Of a stretch of 64,000 nt of DNA, positions 13,424 to 29,122 are shown piece by piece (position 1 is the stretch's first letter; every line of letters starts with the position of its first letter). Below the pieces are notes generated by a model. That model did no database searches, was not told where the DNA came from, and saw nothing but the letters and a program-made list of their open reading frames with translations. The stretch lies in assembly GCF_009914755.1 (NCBI RefSeq), contig NC_060926.1; one strand, 5' to 3'. This DNA comes from the human T2T-CHM13v2.0 reference genome, Homo sapiens. Made by a program: the position numbers and the translations under genes.

Positions 13424-14889
13424 TTTACCTTCATTTTTGATGAATACTTTTGCTAGACACTGAACTATGGGTTAATGTTTTTGTTTTGTTTTGTTTCTTT
13501 TGTACTGTCTTCTGGCTAATTGTTTCTGTTGAGAAACCAAATGTCATTCTTACTGTTGTTCATCTGAATATGAATATTCTAACTGATTTAATGATTTTTA
13601 TTGTTTGGGGATTTTTTGCATAGGTTTCTTCTTTTTTCACAAGTTTTATTTTGATGTGTCTAGTTGTCTTTATATTTAAACTGATATGCTATTGACCTAT
13701 TTCTTGAGTTCCTGGTTCTATCTTCTGGTGTCCAGAATTATATTAGACCAATCCAATGAATTCTTTGTTTCATATATTGTAGAATTCTAGAATTTTCTAG
13801 AATTTTCAGTTCTAGAATTTTCATTTAGTTCGCTGCTAGAGTTAGTTTCTCTGCTAAAATTCTCTATTTATGTATTTTATCCATCTTGCCACTAAATGTT
13901 TTAAATTCTTCATAACAATTATTTTTAAATTCCTTATCTGCTTAGTGTAAAATCAAGGTGGTCTATTAGTCTGCCTTAATTGATTGCCTTTTCTCTTGAT
14001 TATGGCTCATATTTTTTGTTTAGTTGTAAATCTCATATTTTAAAAAATTATATTGTGCATTTTTTATAAAGGAACAGTAGAAACTAAAGTAGATAATACG
14101 TATATGTATGTATTTTGTTTTCTTTCATTTTGTTTTTCCCAGAAAGAACACACACTTTTCTTCTCCACACAACTTGGGTGAAGGCTGATCACTAAGATAC
14201 CCTCATGGGCCACAACTTTAATTAGTTTCAGTTTCTATCTGTTTTCCAACAAGATTATATAAAATCTCTCTCTGCCTTACAGCCCTACTTCTAAGTTGCC
14301 CTTATTGCCCTCTGAGGAGCCCATTTACTTAATCTTATCAGAATTTGAGTGAGAAGGAGGTTGGGTTAGTTTTAGTTTACCTCCAGACTAAACTTTAGTC
14401 TTGTTTGTGATGCAAGATCTCCTGCTGCTCTCCTGCTATTTCCCCACTACTATTCAATCACTGAGATTCCCAGGACATGAGGATTTTCAGAATGAGGGAT
14501 TTGTTTTTGCATTTATGCTTCCCCAGACTTCTTTTTGTCATGTCAGATCATTCTCTCCATCAAATTTTGGCTCATTTCTCTTTTCCCACCAAAATCTGTC
14601 TGCTTAAGGGAGGCAGACTGAACAGCCTCTGCCAAGGCAAAGACTAGAAAAAGGTGCCCTGTATGAAAGTGGCTGCTGTTCTTTACCCACCTATGAAGGC
14701 CTTATCTCTGCCTGGAATTTAGTTCACTTAGACTTCTATGCATCCATCACACTGTGTGGCTTAAAAATATACATATTAAAGTAAAAAAATATTGGGAGAA
14801 GAATGGAAAGGCTTTGGATAAATGATTAGCTGGTTAAATAAATGAGCCTGGGTTACTGAAAAAAAAAACAACATATATTTAAAACCACT

Positions 14890-14892
<3 letters not shown>

Positions 14893-14938
<46 letters not shown>

Positions 14939-15147
14939 AGTATATATATATAAACTCATGAGTGTTTTAGTTTATATATATAAAACTCATATGAGTTTTA
15001 GTTTAGTATATATATATAAAACTCTTGAGTTTTACTTTAGTATACATATATAAAACTCATATGAGTTTTAGTTTAGTATATATATATAAAACTCATATGA
15101 GTTTTAGTTTAGTGTATATATATAAAACTCATATGAGGTTTAGTTTA
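14893..15147. repeat. (AT)n tract followed by a ~35-bp AT-rich minisatellite with a palindromic core
   Basis: About (AT)20, then six units of tatatata-taaaactcatatgagtttta-gtttag. Confidence 0.95.
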
Positions 15148-15533
15148 TCCAGTGTTTCCTCACTGTTATAATGGAACTGATGGTCATTCCATCTTCAATG
15201 AAAGTGAAATCCACTGTGTTATTTTCATTATGGAAAGAGATATAAGACATGAATTGTGCAATGAAAATAAATCATCAGGTATTAACAAAATGGTGGACTG
15301 GAATGAAGAAAGAATTTAGCATGAGTGTAGATTTAAAACTAACAAGCTTTTTAAGATAGTAAATCTACAGAAGAATAGGTGAGAAAATAGATACCTGAAT
15401 ATTAATAGGAACACCTAAATAAATACATAGAAAGAGTTTTACCAACTAAACTTCAGTGGAATTGCTAATATTCTGTCAAAAAGATAATTTATTTCAATAT
15501 CTTTTACATGACTTGAAAAATGTGCATTCCAAC

Positions 15534-15934
15534 TGCTATTGGCTGGATTATGTTTTCCCAAAATTCATATGTTGAAGTTTTAACCTCCAGTACCTCAGAA
15601 TATGACTATATGAGGAGAGATCTTTAATGAGGTAATTAAGTTAAAATGAGAGGTCTCTGGTGGCCTTAATCAGATCTGACTAATGTCCTTACAGGAGGAG
15701 GAACTTAAACACAGAGAGAGACACCAGGGGTGGGTGCACACAGAGAAAAGACCACATGAGGACACAATAACAAGACGAGCATCTGCAAGCTAAGGAGAGA
15801 AGCATCAGAGGAAACCGAGACTGAGGACAGCTTCATCTTGTTTCTAGCCTCCAGAACTGTGGCAAAATAAATTTTTGTTGTTTAAGCCACTCGGTTTGTG
15901 GTATTTGCTATGGCAACTCTAGCAAACGAATATA
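15534..15934 (+). mobile_element. MLT1B-like MaLR solo LTR
   Basis: caaaattcatatgttgaag...acctcagaatatgact...tctagcctccagaactgt...; 5-bp TSD CCAAC (15529-15533 and 15935-15939). Confidence 0.88.
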
Positions 15935-16539
15935 CCAACCAAGAATCAAAACTATCACTTCTTGTTTCAGTCTAAAACCATAGGTATCATCTAATTAAAA
16001 GTTCAAGGCTATTTAAATTTTACAAAGTACTGGAATTTGTCATTGTCCTTTAACATGCTGGGGAGACTAATGTCCATTCTTCTCCTGAGAAGATATAGTC
16101 TGTTGGTAATGGGAAAATGTTCATGAGAATATCTTACACTTATATCCCAGACAAGGTGGCCCCAAGTCCAGGGGAAGCATAGCTGTCATTGCCTTTTAAT
16201 CACACGGAGCATAATTTTTGCTGACTTCAGAGCTGAGAATGTTAAGGCATCACTCTCTTGGAAATGAAATTAGTAGTGACAGGACAAATAGGATTGAGCA
16301 TGGCTTTATGCTTCTACCATTATTTCCACAAGCTAAAGACAGCATGTATTTGCGCAGCACAAGTCAAAACTGTCCTATAGTTTATAATGCACTCATTCAA
16401 ATAAAATTAAACTCCATCTACTGGGTGAGCAGCCCTATTTTATCCTCCTCTGCTGATCCAAAAAATTTCATTCATGGCATTTGATTGATAGGCCTCATAA
16501 GTCTCTTCAAATCTATTATTTCCCCCTGCGTTTTCCTGC

Positions 16540-17684
16540 TTGCCATTTTTTTTTTTTTGAAGAAAATTTTTTTTGTCTCATAGAATTTCCATATTCTAGA
16601 TTTTACTATTAGGATGCACGTGGTTTTAAGAAATGTTCCTTCAACCCTTAATTTCCTCTAAATCGTTGTGAGATACTGTGCTTGAGCAATTCAGATAATT
16701 TTTTTATGTCTCACTACACCACACCCTTTGTTTATTTTTAACATGAAGATTAATTGTTCAGGTATTGTCAGCACTATTAATCCATCATCAAGATTTCTAC
16801 CCACTTTCTACCTAATAGTTTTGGCAGTCACTCATACTCATTATCTGCATCCATTATTGCATTGGGGGAACAAAATGGTTATATTCGAATTCCTTATTAC
16901 TTCTGCATTTACTCATTGAATTTTTAAAACTTCAAAATATTTAGGGAATTTCTAATTATCTTTTTGTTATTGAAATCTAATATCAATAATGAATTTTTTA
17001 AAATAATAAGTATTTGTTCTCATAATGATTACCCTGTGAAAAGTTAACATAGAAAGAAAATAAATGCTTGATTCTTTCTATTTACTTACTAGTTTCTCAA
17101 ATTAAGTATGACTTCTCACTTCCTCCAGGGGTTGTCTAGAAGGCATTTTGTTTTATTTTAAAAATATTTTTACAAACTCCTGTACATTTTAGCATAGGTA
17201 TTGCATTTCAAGCTATCTTTATTGATGATGTCTGATTGCCCCTATTTTGCCTGGGAGAACTCTTTCAGATTGACTTCCAACTACTCCTAACACAACCCAG
17301 AGTCTTTAACAAAGTCCTTTGCATCTGGCGTGAAGAAATATTCCTGAACTATCTTGTCCTTTTCTCATCCCATACCTGGAATCAGCCACTTCTGCAAGAC
17401 AGGCTGGCTTTTTGTGGCGAGAAATGATATTTAGCAATCACAATCTGGGTTCTACAGGGTGCTCATTGCTACAGATGGATCATTACTTTCATGTTTTTTC
17501 CAGAGACAGAGCTAAGAAAAAATGAAAATACAAGAGCTAGAAAATATATCGTGAGTTTATACTGTTATTTTCAATTCAAATTTGGGATTAACTGGTTTTT
17601 GCTTCACTTTTTTTGTCTTGTAATATGTCTCTTTTGTATTGAATATTACGGTTCCTAACAGCATTACCATAATCACTTATTTGC

Positions 17685-17685
<1 letters not shown>
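16540..17685 (-). mobile_element. Old L1MC/L1ME 3' region relic
   Basis: cctggaatcagccacttctgcaag...aatgatatttagcaatcacaatctggg...gtgctcattgctac resembles antisense L1MC4/5 3' UTRs. Confidence 0.6.

Positions 17686-17686
<1 letters not shown>

Positions 17687-17718
<32 letters not shown>
17687..17718 (+). repeat. (TG)n microsatellite
   Basis: About 16 TG units, directly visible. Confidence 0.97.
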
Positions 17719-17720
<2 letters not shown>

Positions 17721-18446
17721 CAGACTACATTCAGAGTTGTTTTTTAGAATCATATTTACATGGGAAAAATATGTTTAATGATATGTACAAACCAGTTAAC
17801 TCCAATATACATCTATAGCCCCCCTCCCACCCCACTAATCTCATTTTACAGATATTCCAGAAAAGGGAAGAAACCTCATTTTACAGAAAGGGTATTTCAT
17901 ATAAATTTTGTCATATCTATGATAAAAATGAAAAAGCAAAACTTCAGACTATATAACAGGGGCAGATCTTTACATTCAGATCTCAAGCTGAGTGACTGGG
18001 GCTTCTGTTTCTCCAAGTTAAAGAGGAAAAGACTAGAAAGTTAGAAGAATTCACAACAGATTTCTTTCACTGCCTGAGAAAGAAGGCCAGTGAGGTGGTG
18101 ATGAGCCGTACTCCATGATGTCTGGAAATTTCTGAAGTAGGAGCTGTAGAGTAAGTAAGCTGCATAGGAAGTGACAGAAGGAGAATGGCAGATGTAGAGA
18201 TTGAATGATGACATAATTTCCAGGACACAACAATTTGTATGGGTGTCTAAGGGATGGAGAAGGGAGAGGCCAGTGGAGCTAAGGGAGTCAAGAACTGGGA
18301 ATCTAGAGTTGGGTGGATCATACATGTAAGTATCTGCAAAGTGGGGTATGATCAACTCAGAGAGTGCTTTAATTACGATGTGGAACTATATTACCAAGAT
18401 AAATACATTACCAAGATTTCTCTTTATGCCTGCTAATGTCCTTTAA

Positions 18447-18821
<375 letters not shown>

Positions 18822-21579
18822 ACGGTACAATACTTTTTTGGGAGTGCCTGAGTCACATGAGCAAGGAGCCTATTAAAGACTGGAGTTGGCAGACATCTCT
18901 GCATCTCCTTCGTATTGGCCAAATTAGACTCAATGGCCTGTTTATGCTGCCCATTGTTTCTTAGGAAAGTATTTGGTTGTTTTCAAAAATGCTAGCTTAA
19001 ACATGCTTCTGTATGTGTTCCTGCATACTTATTCAACTAGGATAAATTCTTAGAGATGGTAGGTTGAAAGTTATGCATTTTTAAAGGCATATTAACTTAA
19101 TTGGTATTTTTAATTGGAAAAATGTCATACTTATTGCCAAAATATCATTGAAAATGTTAACTGGTTTTTATGTAACCCAGGTCTTATTGAGTCATAATTA
19201 AAAATATTCAATAGGAGAAGGGCAAAGAAAAAAATGTAATCAGCATAAACAGAGATGAATCTAGATTTAGGAAACCTACAAACCTACTTAAATAAATATA
19301 TTTCATAGTAGATTGTATTTTTATTTTAATAAGAATCCCATTTTTCCAATATTTCCTTTTACATGTCTATTTTTCTGGCATAAACTAGTTTGTGTGACTC
19401 TACTATGTGGCTGATTGGTGTCTCTAGAACCTTGGAAATTTCACCAAGCAGCACAGGAAGTGGTTTATGTGGAGATTATGTGGAGCACAGATACATAAAA
19501 GATAACATCAGGTATACCTTGCTCAAAGTAGACAACTGGTTCTTAAAAAAACAGCAACAAAACATCAGCTAAAGCCTTCAGTCTAGTTTTTATTTATGTA
19601 TGTATTTATTTATTTACTATATGACCTCTTATTTCTATTCAATACTAGTCAATGTTACCTAATCTCAATTCACTGCTTCTGTTTCTATATCTGGAAAAAC
19701 AAAAAACAAGATTGAGTTGTAGAATCAATGACATTCACCTTTAATATCAAGTTGACCTCCAACAAAATTGTTAGAAATGATGTTTCGTATAGAGGAGGAA
19801 CCATTCCACTCATCTATGTAACAGCATGAGAATTGGCTTCTGTTTCTGTTGTTAATTAGGTATGCGCTCGTCTTCCAGGCTGACAATGCACAAAGGAAAT
19901 GACAGAAATCTGATCGTGCAGATGAGAACAGTACAGGCCTTCTCAAAACATATTAACCAAGGAATGGAATTTCTGTGGTTAAAGTCATAAATGGTCCCCA
20001 GAGAAGCCACTGATAATCACGGTTTTGATTGAATGAGGTCCTTCAGCAATGCATACCATTTACCTATTTTGTAAATTATCTAACAGATTCAATGTTTTTG
20101 TTGTGGTCCCATGAGGCTTTGCCTTCTTCTGTGGAATTACCTTGACCAGAGCCTCATTAAATGACATTTCTTCTAATTAGATTTCTTGGCTGTTAAAAAT
20201 TATTATGCTGGAAAACCCACATCCCATCCTCCCACTTCCCTCTTCTGTTACTTCAGTCTCACTCTTATGTTTTTATTTGTGCAAGATGCAAGCCAGATGT
20301 TATATTAATAAGAGGGCTGATGTTCCTCAAGGAGCCACTCATCAGCACAGAAGCAGACCCTGTTGCAATTTCTGGGAATTCCTTAAGTTTTTTCCTTGCT
20401 TTTTTTTCCCCTCATTTTAAGTAGAAAATTCTGGAAGATACACTTAAAAACAATATTATTGTAAGTACAGGATTACATCTGTTTATTGTGAATGCTGATA
20501 GAGATTTGGAGTTTTCACAACTAAATTTTGTGTGTAAAGAAGAAGGAATTTAGAAACAGGAAATATATTTTATATAAATGTAGGTAACATATTACAGTTG
20601 ACATGCATAAGCTTCTCAAAAAGTTAATTAAAGTGAAACAGAGATTCCTTATCAAAACATTGAATTATATGACATTTTCATTTCTGTGCTAATGAGTGAT
20701 ATTAAAACAAAGAAATAATGAGCTTCTTATACTCTTCAGATGAATACATCATCTAGAACACAATAATATTTTTTTAAAAGAAAGGCCACAGTTAAATTCA
20801 TTATGATTCCAAAAATAATCTTTTAAAATTGACATGAAATCCTTAAACTACCAAACTCCCAGGACTATTCAATAATAATTTTTAAAATATTTTTAAAATA
20901 CTGAAAGGCTTAGTTCTAAGCCTCCCCTCATTCCCACATTGGGTTTGTTTCTGCAACTTAGATGAACTGACAGGATGACAGAGGTCACGTTGAGTCTGAG
21001 ACCACACAGATAAGACTTAATCCTGGAAAGCCAAGCAGTACTTCTCCTTTTAAACATGTTCTCCAGGCACTCATAACTTATCTGTATATTTGTAATTGGG
21101 AGCACACTTTGCTTTTTTTCAGTTGTACCCTTTAAATCAAAATACATGTATAGCCCCAGCAACCACTGCTGACTCCCCTAGCACCGTCATAGGCAGGAGC
21201 TGATAAGACACAACCTTGATTTGACTAAGCCAGTTCTAGTAGGAGTAATTTGCAACTAAAAATCAAGTCCTCACTGATGCCATCAAAACTTTGACCAATC
21301 AAAGGAACAATGATCTTGCTACTTGAATTGATTTGAACCTCAAAGAAATTATGTGTCCCATGAAGAAGGAATACAAAGAGTAAAGAAGTTCCATGTTACT
21401 GAATAATTTTTAACATTAATTAACCAAGATAAAAGAGGTATGTACATGGACCAATGATTATCATGTATAATAAAAACTATAATTAATTCAATTTGAGACA
21501 CATGTCCAAGTAAAAAATATGAATTAATGAATTATTGAGCACTTCACTATAGGCCAAGCATCCTCAGATAGTTGATAAA

Positions 21580-22090
21580 TTGTATTTATACAATTTGGAA
21601 TATGTTTCATTGCAAAAAATAGAAAACCCAAATTATGGTAGCTTAAACAAAGAGAAGTCTAGTTTACTTAATAAAATAAGAAAGCCAGAGGCATGCAAAA
21701 ATCTAGCATTGGGAACTCAGGATCTTTTCATCTTTCCTCTCAAAACTGTTTTATGTATTGGCTTTTATCCTCATCTCATGGTAACAATGGAACTCCTCTA
21801 GTTTGAAACACAATTTCCATGTTCTTGTGAGGAGAAAAAGGAGAGAGAAGAAAGAGGGAACACCAGCCCTATTCTCTCTATTATCAGGAAAAACAAAAAG
21901 AGCCTTCCTTAAGCCTCCAGTAGATGCCTATTTTTTTTTCTCATTGGCTGAAACAGATGGCATAGATACTCCTAGCTGCAAGGGAGCCAGGGACAATGAG
22001 TATCTCACCAGGGTTAGGAACTCTCACTTGCCAAAAAAATTATAGATTTGTTTTAGACAAAGAAAATGAGAAAAGATATTCGGTGTGTGC
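21580..22090 (-). mobile_element. Old MLT1 (K/L/N-like) LTR relic
   Basis: ttgcaaaaaatagaaaacccaaattatggtagcttaaacaaa and tcattggctgaaac...cctagctgcaagggagccaggga motifs. Confidence 0.6.
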
Positions 22091-22499
22091 CCCAGGTTAT
22101 GTTTAATACTTAGAAGAATACTGCCAATTGGGTATTTTCTCCATTTACTTTTGAGGAAACTGAGGCACACAGAATTTAAATTATATGTTGCAAGGGCTCA
22201 CAATTGGTAAGTACCAGCTGTAACTCATGGCATGCAGGCCAAACCTGGTCCATGGGAGCATGTGGCATGACCTTTAAGCCAGTCACTGCCATTACCTTCT
22301 CCTCTTTAATTCCTTGTGACAATCAACCTTAATGCTTCCTAATTGCTTATAAGGATGTGCACAGCATCTTTATTTTTATCCAGCTAGGACAGTGCATATG
22401 TGATCATTGTGGCACCTCAGGGAGAATACAACACTGGGAGATTAAATAGAATTACTTTGGTATTCTCTTTGCATTTCTTTGATAGCATCACCCAAGCCC

Positions 22500-23310
22500 A
22501 AATACCATCTTTACATGCTGACTCTAAAACTTAGACCTCCATACTGTACTTTCCTCTTGAACTCCAGATTTGTATATCCAACAGCCATTCAGCATCACCA
22601 TCCCAATGTCTAGAAGGCCTCTCAAGCAGTACGTACTCTAAATTTCACCTGATTGCTCACACTTCTCACCTCCTCTACTGATACCACCCACATCCAAGCT
22701 ACCAATATTTCCCCCTTGGACCACTGCAATAAGAATCCCAACAGATTCTCCAGGCAGCCCCTTTCCCTCCTACAGTGTACCATAGACCTGCCAGTCAGAG
22801 TGATTCTTATAAAACATGATAGATTATGTCACTGGTCTATTCAGCATCTTCCAAAGTCTTTCCAGCTCACATAGAATGAAGCTCAATCTATTTGCACTGA
22901 CCAAGAAGACCTGACTTCATCCCCTAGGATTTTGCTGACCTCAGCTCCTACTACCTTGCCACTCATTCAACTTCAGTCACACTGGCCTCCTTGGTTTACT
23001 CAAGATTCTTCCTGCCAGAGAGTCTCTCACCTCAACCCCTTTGCACATGCTGCTTCTCTGCAGTGCTCTTCCAGTATCTAGGTGGCTTGCTTCCTAGGAA
23101 CCATGGGCTCCTACTTTATTTTTTGCCGTCACCCTTGTTGTCCAGTCACATACTTGATGTTTCATTTATTGCCTGCTACCGTCAAATAAACTTTAAACTC
23201 CCTAAAGGCAGAAATTTTTGTCTGAATTTTTCACTGATAGTCTACATTCCCTAAAATAGTACCTGGAATATAGTAAACACTCAATAAATAAGTGTTGAGT
23301 AAATGAATGT
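22500..23310 (+). mobile_element. L2 3' portion
   Basis: ctccagatttgtatatccaacagcc, cagtcacactggcctccttg and the tail cctggaatatagtaaacactcaataaata...aatgaatg. Confidence 0.82.
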
Positions 23311-23717
23311 CAAATAGTCCCTCCAGTCATAGATAGTATCAGTCAATCGGTTGGCAAACGTACAACATAGACCTACAACATTCATGGATGTATGTTTAGT
23401 GCATCGTGGACAAAAATAAGAAAATTATATTCTAGTTGTGGAGTTTGAGAAACATGTACATAGAACCCAAATAATCAAATACAACACAGAACTATGGCAA
23501 ATCAAATAAGAACCACATTTACTTAGGCCACTGCCATCTGCTGAGACAAGACATACAAATACATCATTATTAAATTTATTTTTTTAAAGCAAGTTTCAGG
23601 TCTATTTATTTATTGAAAAATTTCATGGTAACACAGGTTGATTTCAAAATAAATATTCATTTAAACATTCAAACATCCATTCTTTCAAACATTCATTCAA
23701 AAAATGCTTACAGTGAA

Positions 23718-24415
<698 letters not shown>

Positions 24416-24519
24416 ATGAGCCTCTCCTGTTCCAGATACTACCTAAAGGAGGTAGGCTCTAATTGTGGATAAGTAGAGACAGGTCACTGGCACTTATAGA
24501 GTTTATCATCATTTACTTG

Positions 24520-25255
24520 AATTTTGACCTGACATATGTTGAGAAACTGCTAACTATTTTCATGACTGTGCTCCACAGAAACATGCTTTTTCTTATACCT
24601 GGAATTCCATTCAAAATATTTTTGCAATTATAAGCTATATGAGGAAGAGGAATATGGGCACAGGAAAACTGGGGAGGCAAAAGACAGGCTATTTCATAAA
24701 AAATTAAATATATACTTAACCATATGACCGGGGGGTTCACAGCAGTAGAAATGTCTTGTACAAGGAATCTCATTAATAGCTAAATCAGTAATATCCAAAC
24801 ACTGAAAATGATCCGATGTTCATCAGCAATTCACTGGACAAGCAAACTGTGATAAAACCAAACAACTGGATATTAATAAGTAATAAGAAGGACAAACTAT
24901 TGATGCACACAACAATTTTGATGGATCTCCTAGTTGTTGTAAAAATAAAAGACACAAAAATGAACTGCATAATTCTATTTATATGGTTTCTAGAAAATGC
25001 AAATTTATATAGTTTCTAGAAAATGCAAACTAATCCACAAGGACAGAAAGCAGATAAGTCATTGCAGAGAGATGCATGTGGAGAAAAGGACAGATGGCAA
25101 AAGGACTCAAGGAAATGTTTTAGGGTGATGGGAATATTTGTCATGTTGATCATGGTGACTGTTTATGAGAGTATTCATCTGCCAGTACAAATCAAATTGA
25201 ACTCCTTATATATGTCCAGTTTTTTGTATAAAAAAAGTACCTAAAAAACTTTGTA
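24520..25255 (+). mobile_element. L1MC/L1ME 3' end relic
   Basis: tgatgcacacaacaattttgatggatctc...ctatttatatggtttctagaaaatgcaaactaatc...agggtgatgggaatatttg. Confidence 0.65.
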
Positions 25256-27719
25256 AAAAAATACATGGTACAATTTGTTAAAAAAAAAATTGGCACCTCC
25301 TGTCACCCTAAGACAAAGCAGTGGCTGAAGCACATAGCAAAATATTTAGTGTATATTAAGTACTAAATACATCCTTGTTGAATTATATGTATTTGTGAAT
25401 GACAGTAAACACATATAATGCTTATAATGTTCTAGCATCATTTGTCAATATATTTAAATTAATTCAATTATTTAAAATTAATTTATATATGTTATTTTAT
25501 AAAATTAATTGAAATATATTATTTAAAATATAATTTTAAAGCACTATGAAGTAAATTCTACTAGTGTTACCCATTTTAAAAATAAGAAAAATTAGGCATA
25601 AGTGTCTTCTATCTAGATTAGGACATTGAAGCACTGAGAGAAGCTGAGCTGTAAAGGTTACCCAGTTGGTGTCTCACAGAACTGAGGCTCCTATGAAAGC
25701 CATCTGTCTCCAGAGACATATTTTTAACCCCCACAACATACCACCATAAAGAAGGACGGTAAGAAGGAATTCAGGAATTCAGAAAAGAGAGAGTGCTCTG
25801 TGTGCTTGGAAGTTAGAGAAGTCTTTATAAAAAGACAGGATGTTTGCTGAGCTATGAGAGCTAGGGAAGCTCTGGAGAAGGAGGAGGGTGGACGTGCATC
25901 CCAGACAAGGCTGACCTCCAGGCATGATTGGGCCTGAGAAGCTATTTGTCCAGTCTTTGGTCACATTTCCTTAAAGGATGAGCTAGATCAAGATCCACTG
26001 ACATTTTATCTTATAAATATTGCATGTAGGATATAAATAGCTGGTTCAGTAAGGAAAAGGACAGAGGAGGTGGTATCTCCTCTGGCAGAGGCCCAGTGAC
26101 AGGAAGAAACAGAATATGGAACTAGAGCTGATTGTTTAATGATTAATGAGACAATTCTTTTATTCCATGTATTACGTGACTAGGGAAACTGATGGGACTT
26201 GGCTGCTTATACTGATAGAAAAAAAGAAAATATTGCTTTCAAAAGTGTCATTTGCCAACATCAAAATTGGTTTCCAGAATTACTGATGAGTAACAACAAA
26301 AATATTACTCTTGTGATTTTACCATGGTGGTAAAGATGGCATTGACCAGATGTCCAGGAGAACAAAATCAGTACATAGACTCAAGTCCTAAGACACCAAG
26401 AAACATCTTTTATACCAAATAACAAAATGAGGAAAAGGCAGTCAGATGAAGTAAAGGTCACACAGGTTGCAGGAAGAAGCCAAGAGGGCATCAAGTGCAC
26501 ATTTGGAGACAGCTCACAAGGCAAAACCAACAAGTCTCCACTCTGAATGAAAGGAGAGCAGGGTTGTAGTGAAGCTGTCCCAAACCCTTGCTGATACAAC
26601 AATGATGAAAAAAACGTGAGGCAGTAAGAAACACTGCTCATACGCCATGCTTGCAGGATGCAATCTGCCAATGAGGAAGTGGGAGGAGACACACTCTGCA
26701 TTATGAGTAACGCTGTTGCTACCAGTTTGATTAGAAAAAATAGTGCTAAGATAAATTCACTCTCACATAGCCACAGCCTCCTAAAAATAGTAAGTCTAGA
26801 AGGAATTTAACTTATTCAGATATGTGCAATGATCAAAAAATTACCCTCACCTAAACAGAAGATATTACATGCCCTCAACCAAGGGAATAAAAGAATGGAA
26901 AGTGACAAATAGAAAATTCTAAACAATGTAAAAATGGAAATAATCTAAATTGTTACAAAGATATCACCCCAACCTATAAAAACTTAATAAACGAAAGTCA
27001 TGAACTAAATGCTGTCTTAGAACAAGAGCTTAAAGCAGACATATGAAACAGAAAGCCATCTCAGAAACAAATGTCATTGAAAGCAACAGAGGAAAATAAA
27101 CACTGCTAAACACTTAATGAATAATTTGATAGCATGGATTATGAAAAGCAATAAGCAAAATAAAATTGAAATGAAGAAAGCTGAAAGTAAAGAGAAAAAT
27201 GGTAGCTGTAAAAGTAATGCAAAGATAATCTGACAGATAGTTAATTGGTATCCTTAACAGAGAGGACCAAAATAATAAAACCAAATATATTTAAGAAAGA
27301 TAAAATTCAAGAAAACATTCCAATTTACTTAAAAACATACATCAATTAGACTAAATTTATGTAACAAATTCAGATTTTGTGGAGCATAAAGGCTAAGTGA
27401 TCAAGTTACCTCTCAGATGAAAAATATCACGCTGACTTAAAATTTCCTCTCAGCAACATTAAATCAGACAAGGCAGTAAACAGCATTCACAGAGTCCTTA
27501 AGGAAGCTGATGTCTATCCAAGGCACCACTCAAGTATAAAAGCAACAGACTAATATGCTTTAGATATGCAACACATCAAAAAATATGATTTCTATGAGTC
27601 CTTCTAAAGAAACTAAAGAACTTCCTTTATCCAACCTAAAGATAAATGGAATGCCATTGAACTCATTTAGCACTATGAATAAGACTAAAATAAATGTAAG
27701 GAATGTGATTAACGATAAA

Positions 27720-27890
27720 ATAATAACAAAAAGCTAATATTTAGTCAGTGTTTAATAAGTGTCAGGCACTGTTCTAAGTCCTTATAAAATTTCTGTGAAT
27801 TGTATAGTGGGATAATAATAATACCCACTTCACAGAAATTTTATGAGGACTTAGAACAGTGCCTGACACTTATTAAACAATAAATAAACA
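27720..27890. mobile_element. Two oppositely oriented MIR-derived arms forming an inverted repeat
   Basis: MIR tail motifs gtgtcaggcactgttctaag and cttagaacagtgcctgacac, plus gggataataataatacc. Confidence 0.85.
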
Positions 27891-29122
27891 TATGTGCACT
27901 CAGAGGTTTAGTAACAGAATACAAATATCTACTTTAATAATATACAAATAAGATAACTGAAAAGATTAAAAATAAAGGAAAAGACATCACTAATGTCTTC
28001 ACCTTCTATAGTGATAGGGAAATGACATGATTTTAAATTGATAAACTAACATAACTCTAATTAAAAGTATAAAAGTAATCACTAAGGTAAATAACAGTAA
28101 TTATTAAAATCAATTGGTTGAAAGAATGAGGATGAATCAGAAATATAATTATTTTAATGATTGATTATAATAAAAGATGACTTTTATTATATAATAGTAG
28201 AATTATGAAAATTATTGCTAATGTAAAAAGTCAAGCTCTCCAAATTATTGGAAGGAATACATGCACGCAAACCAAATCAAAGACTATGCACACTACAAAA
28301 AGACTGATACAAGAACTCCAAATGCAATCAAATCAGAAAGCTTAGAATAAAATATGCTTCTACAACTAAACAAACCTCTCATATCATAATTGTAAGCTAA
28401 TTAAAATCACATATTTAAATAAATAAAACATCTCATTGAATCACAAGATAAAACTATTTTATATTCAAGAATCAAAGAATCAATGTTACATTCAACATTT
28501 TGTTATATGTAGGACGCATACTGAAACAAAATTACAACAAAAAAATTGAAAGTAAAAGAGTATTCAAAATAACTCCTGAAAATACAAGACCAATGAAAGC
28601 AAGAGAAGTAACTTTCATATCAGACAAGACTGAATTTAGGATAAAGGGAATTAATAAATAAAATGTGAACACTTTATTGCCAAACGACTGTACAACATAT
28701 ATCAACCAAATAATATATAACCAATACTTAAAAATAAAGTTGAAAGAAAATACAAAGAAAACTGACAGGTTATATTTCATCTCTTCTTTTCTGTGAAAGA
28801 TTATCAGTGGAAAAACACAAGTAAAGATAAAGGAGATTTAATTAACAATAATATAAATCAAGCTAATATGCATATAAAAAAACTATACTTCACAAATAGA
28901 AAATACACATATTTTTTCAAAGACCCTTGGAACATTCAGAATATATTAGATCACAAAGAGAACTGCAATGAATATGAAATTGTAAAATAATGTTTGCAAT
29001 AAACTCATGAACAGAAAGAAAAGCCTACATGGGGAATTAATAACGAGCCTGAGATTGTTTCACATGGAATCTTACCAAACCTTAATTAACCAACAATTCC
29101 AATGCTACTTAAATTATTCCAA

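Noticed and set aside
25448-25520. 18-bp AT-only inverted repeat
   Set aside because: Low-complexity AT sequence in which such symmetry is expected by chance.
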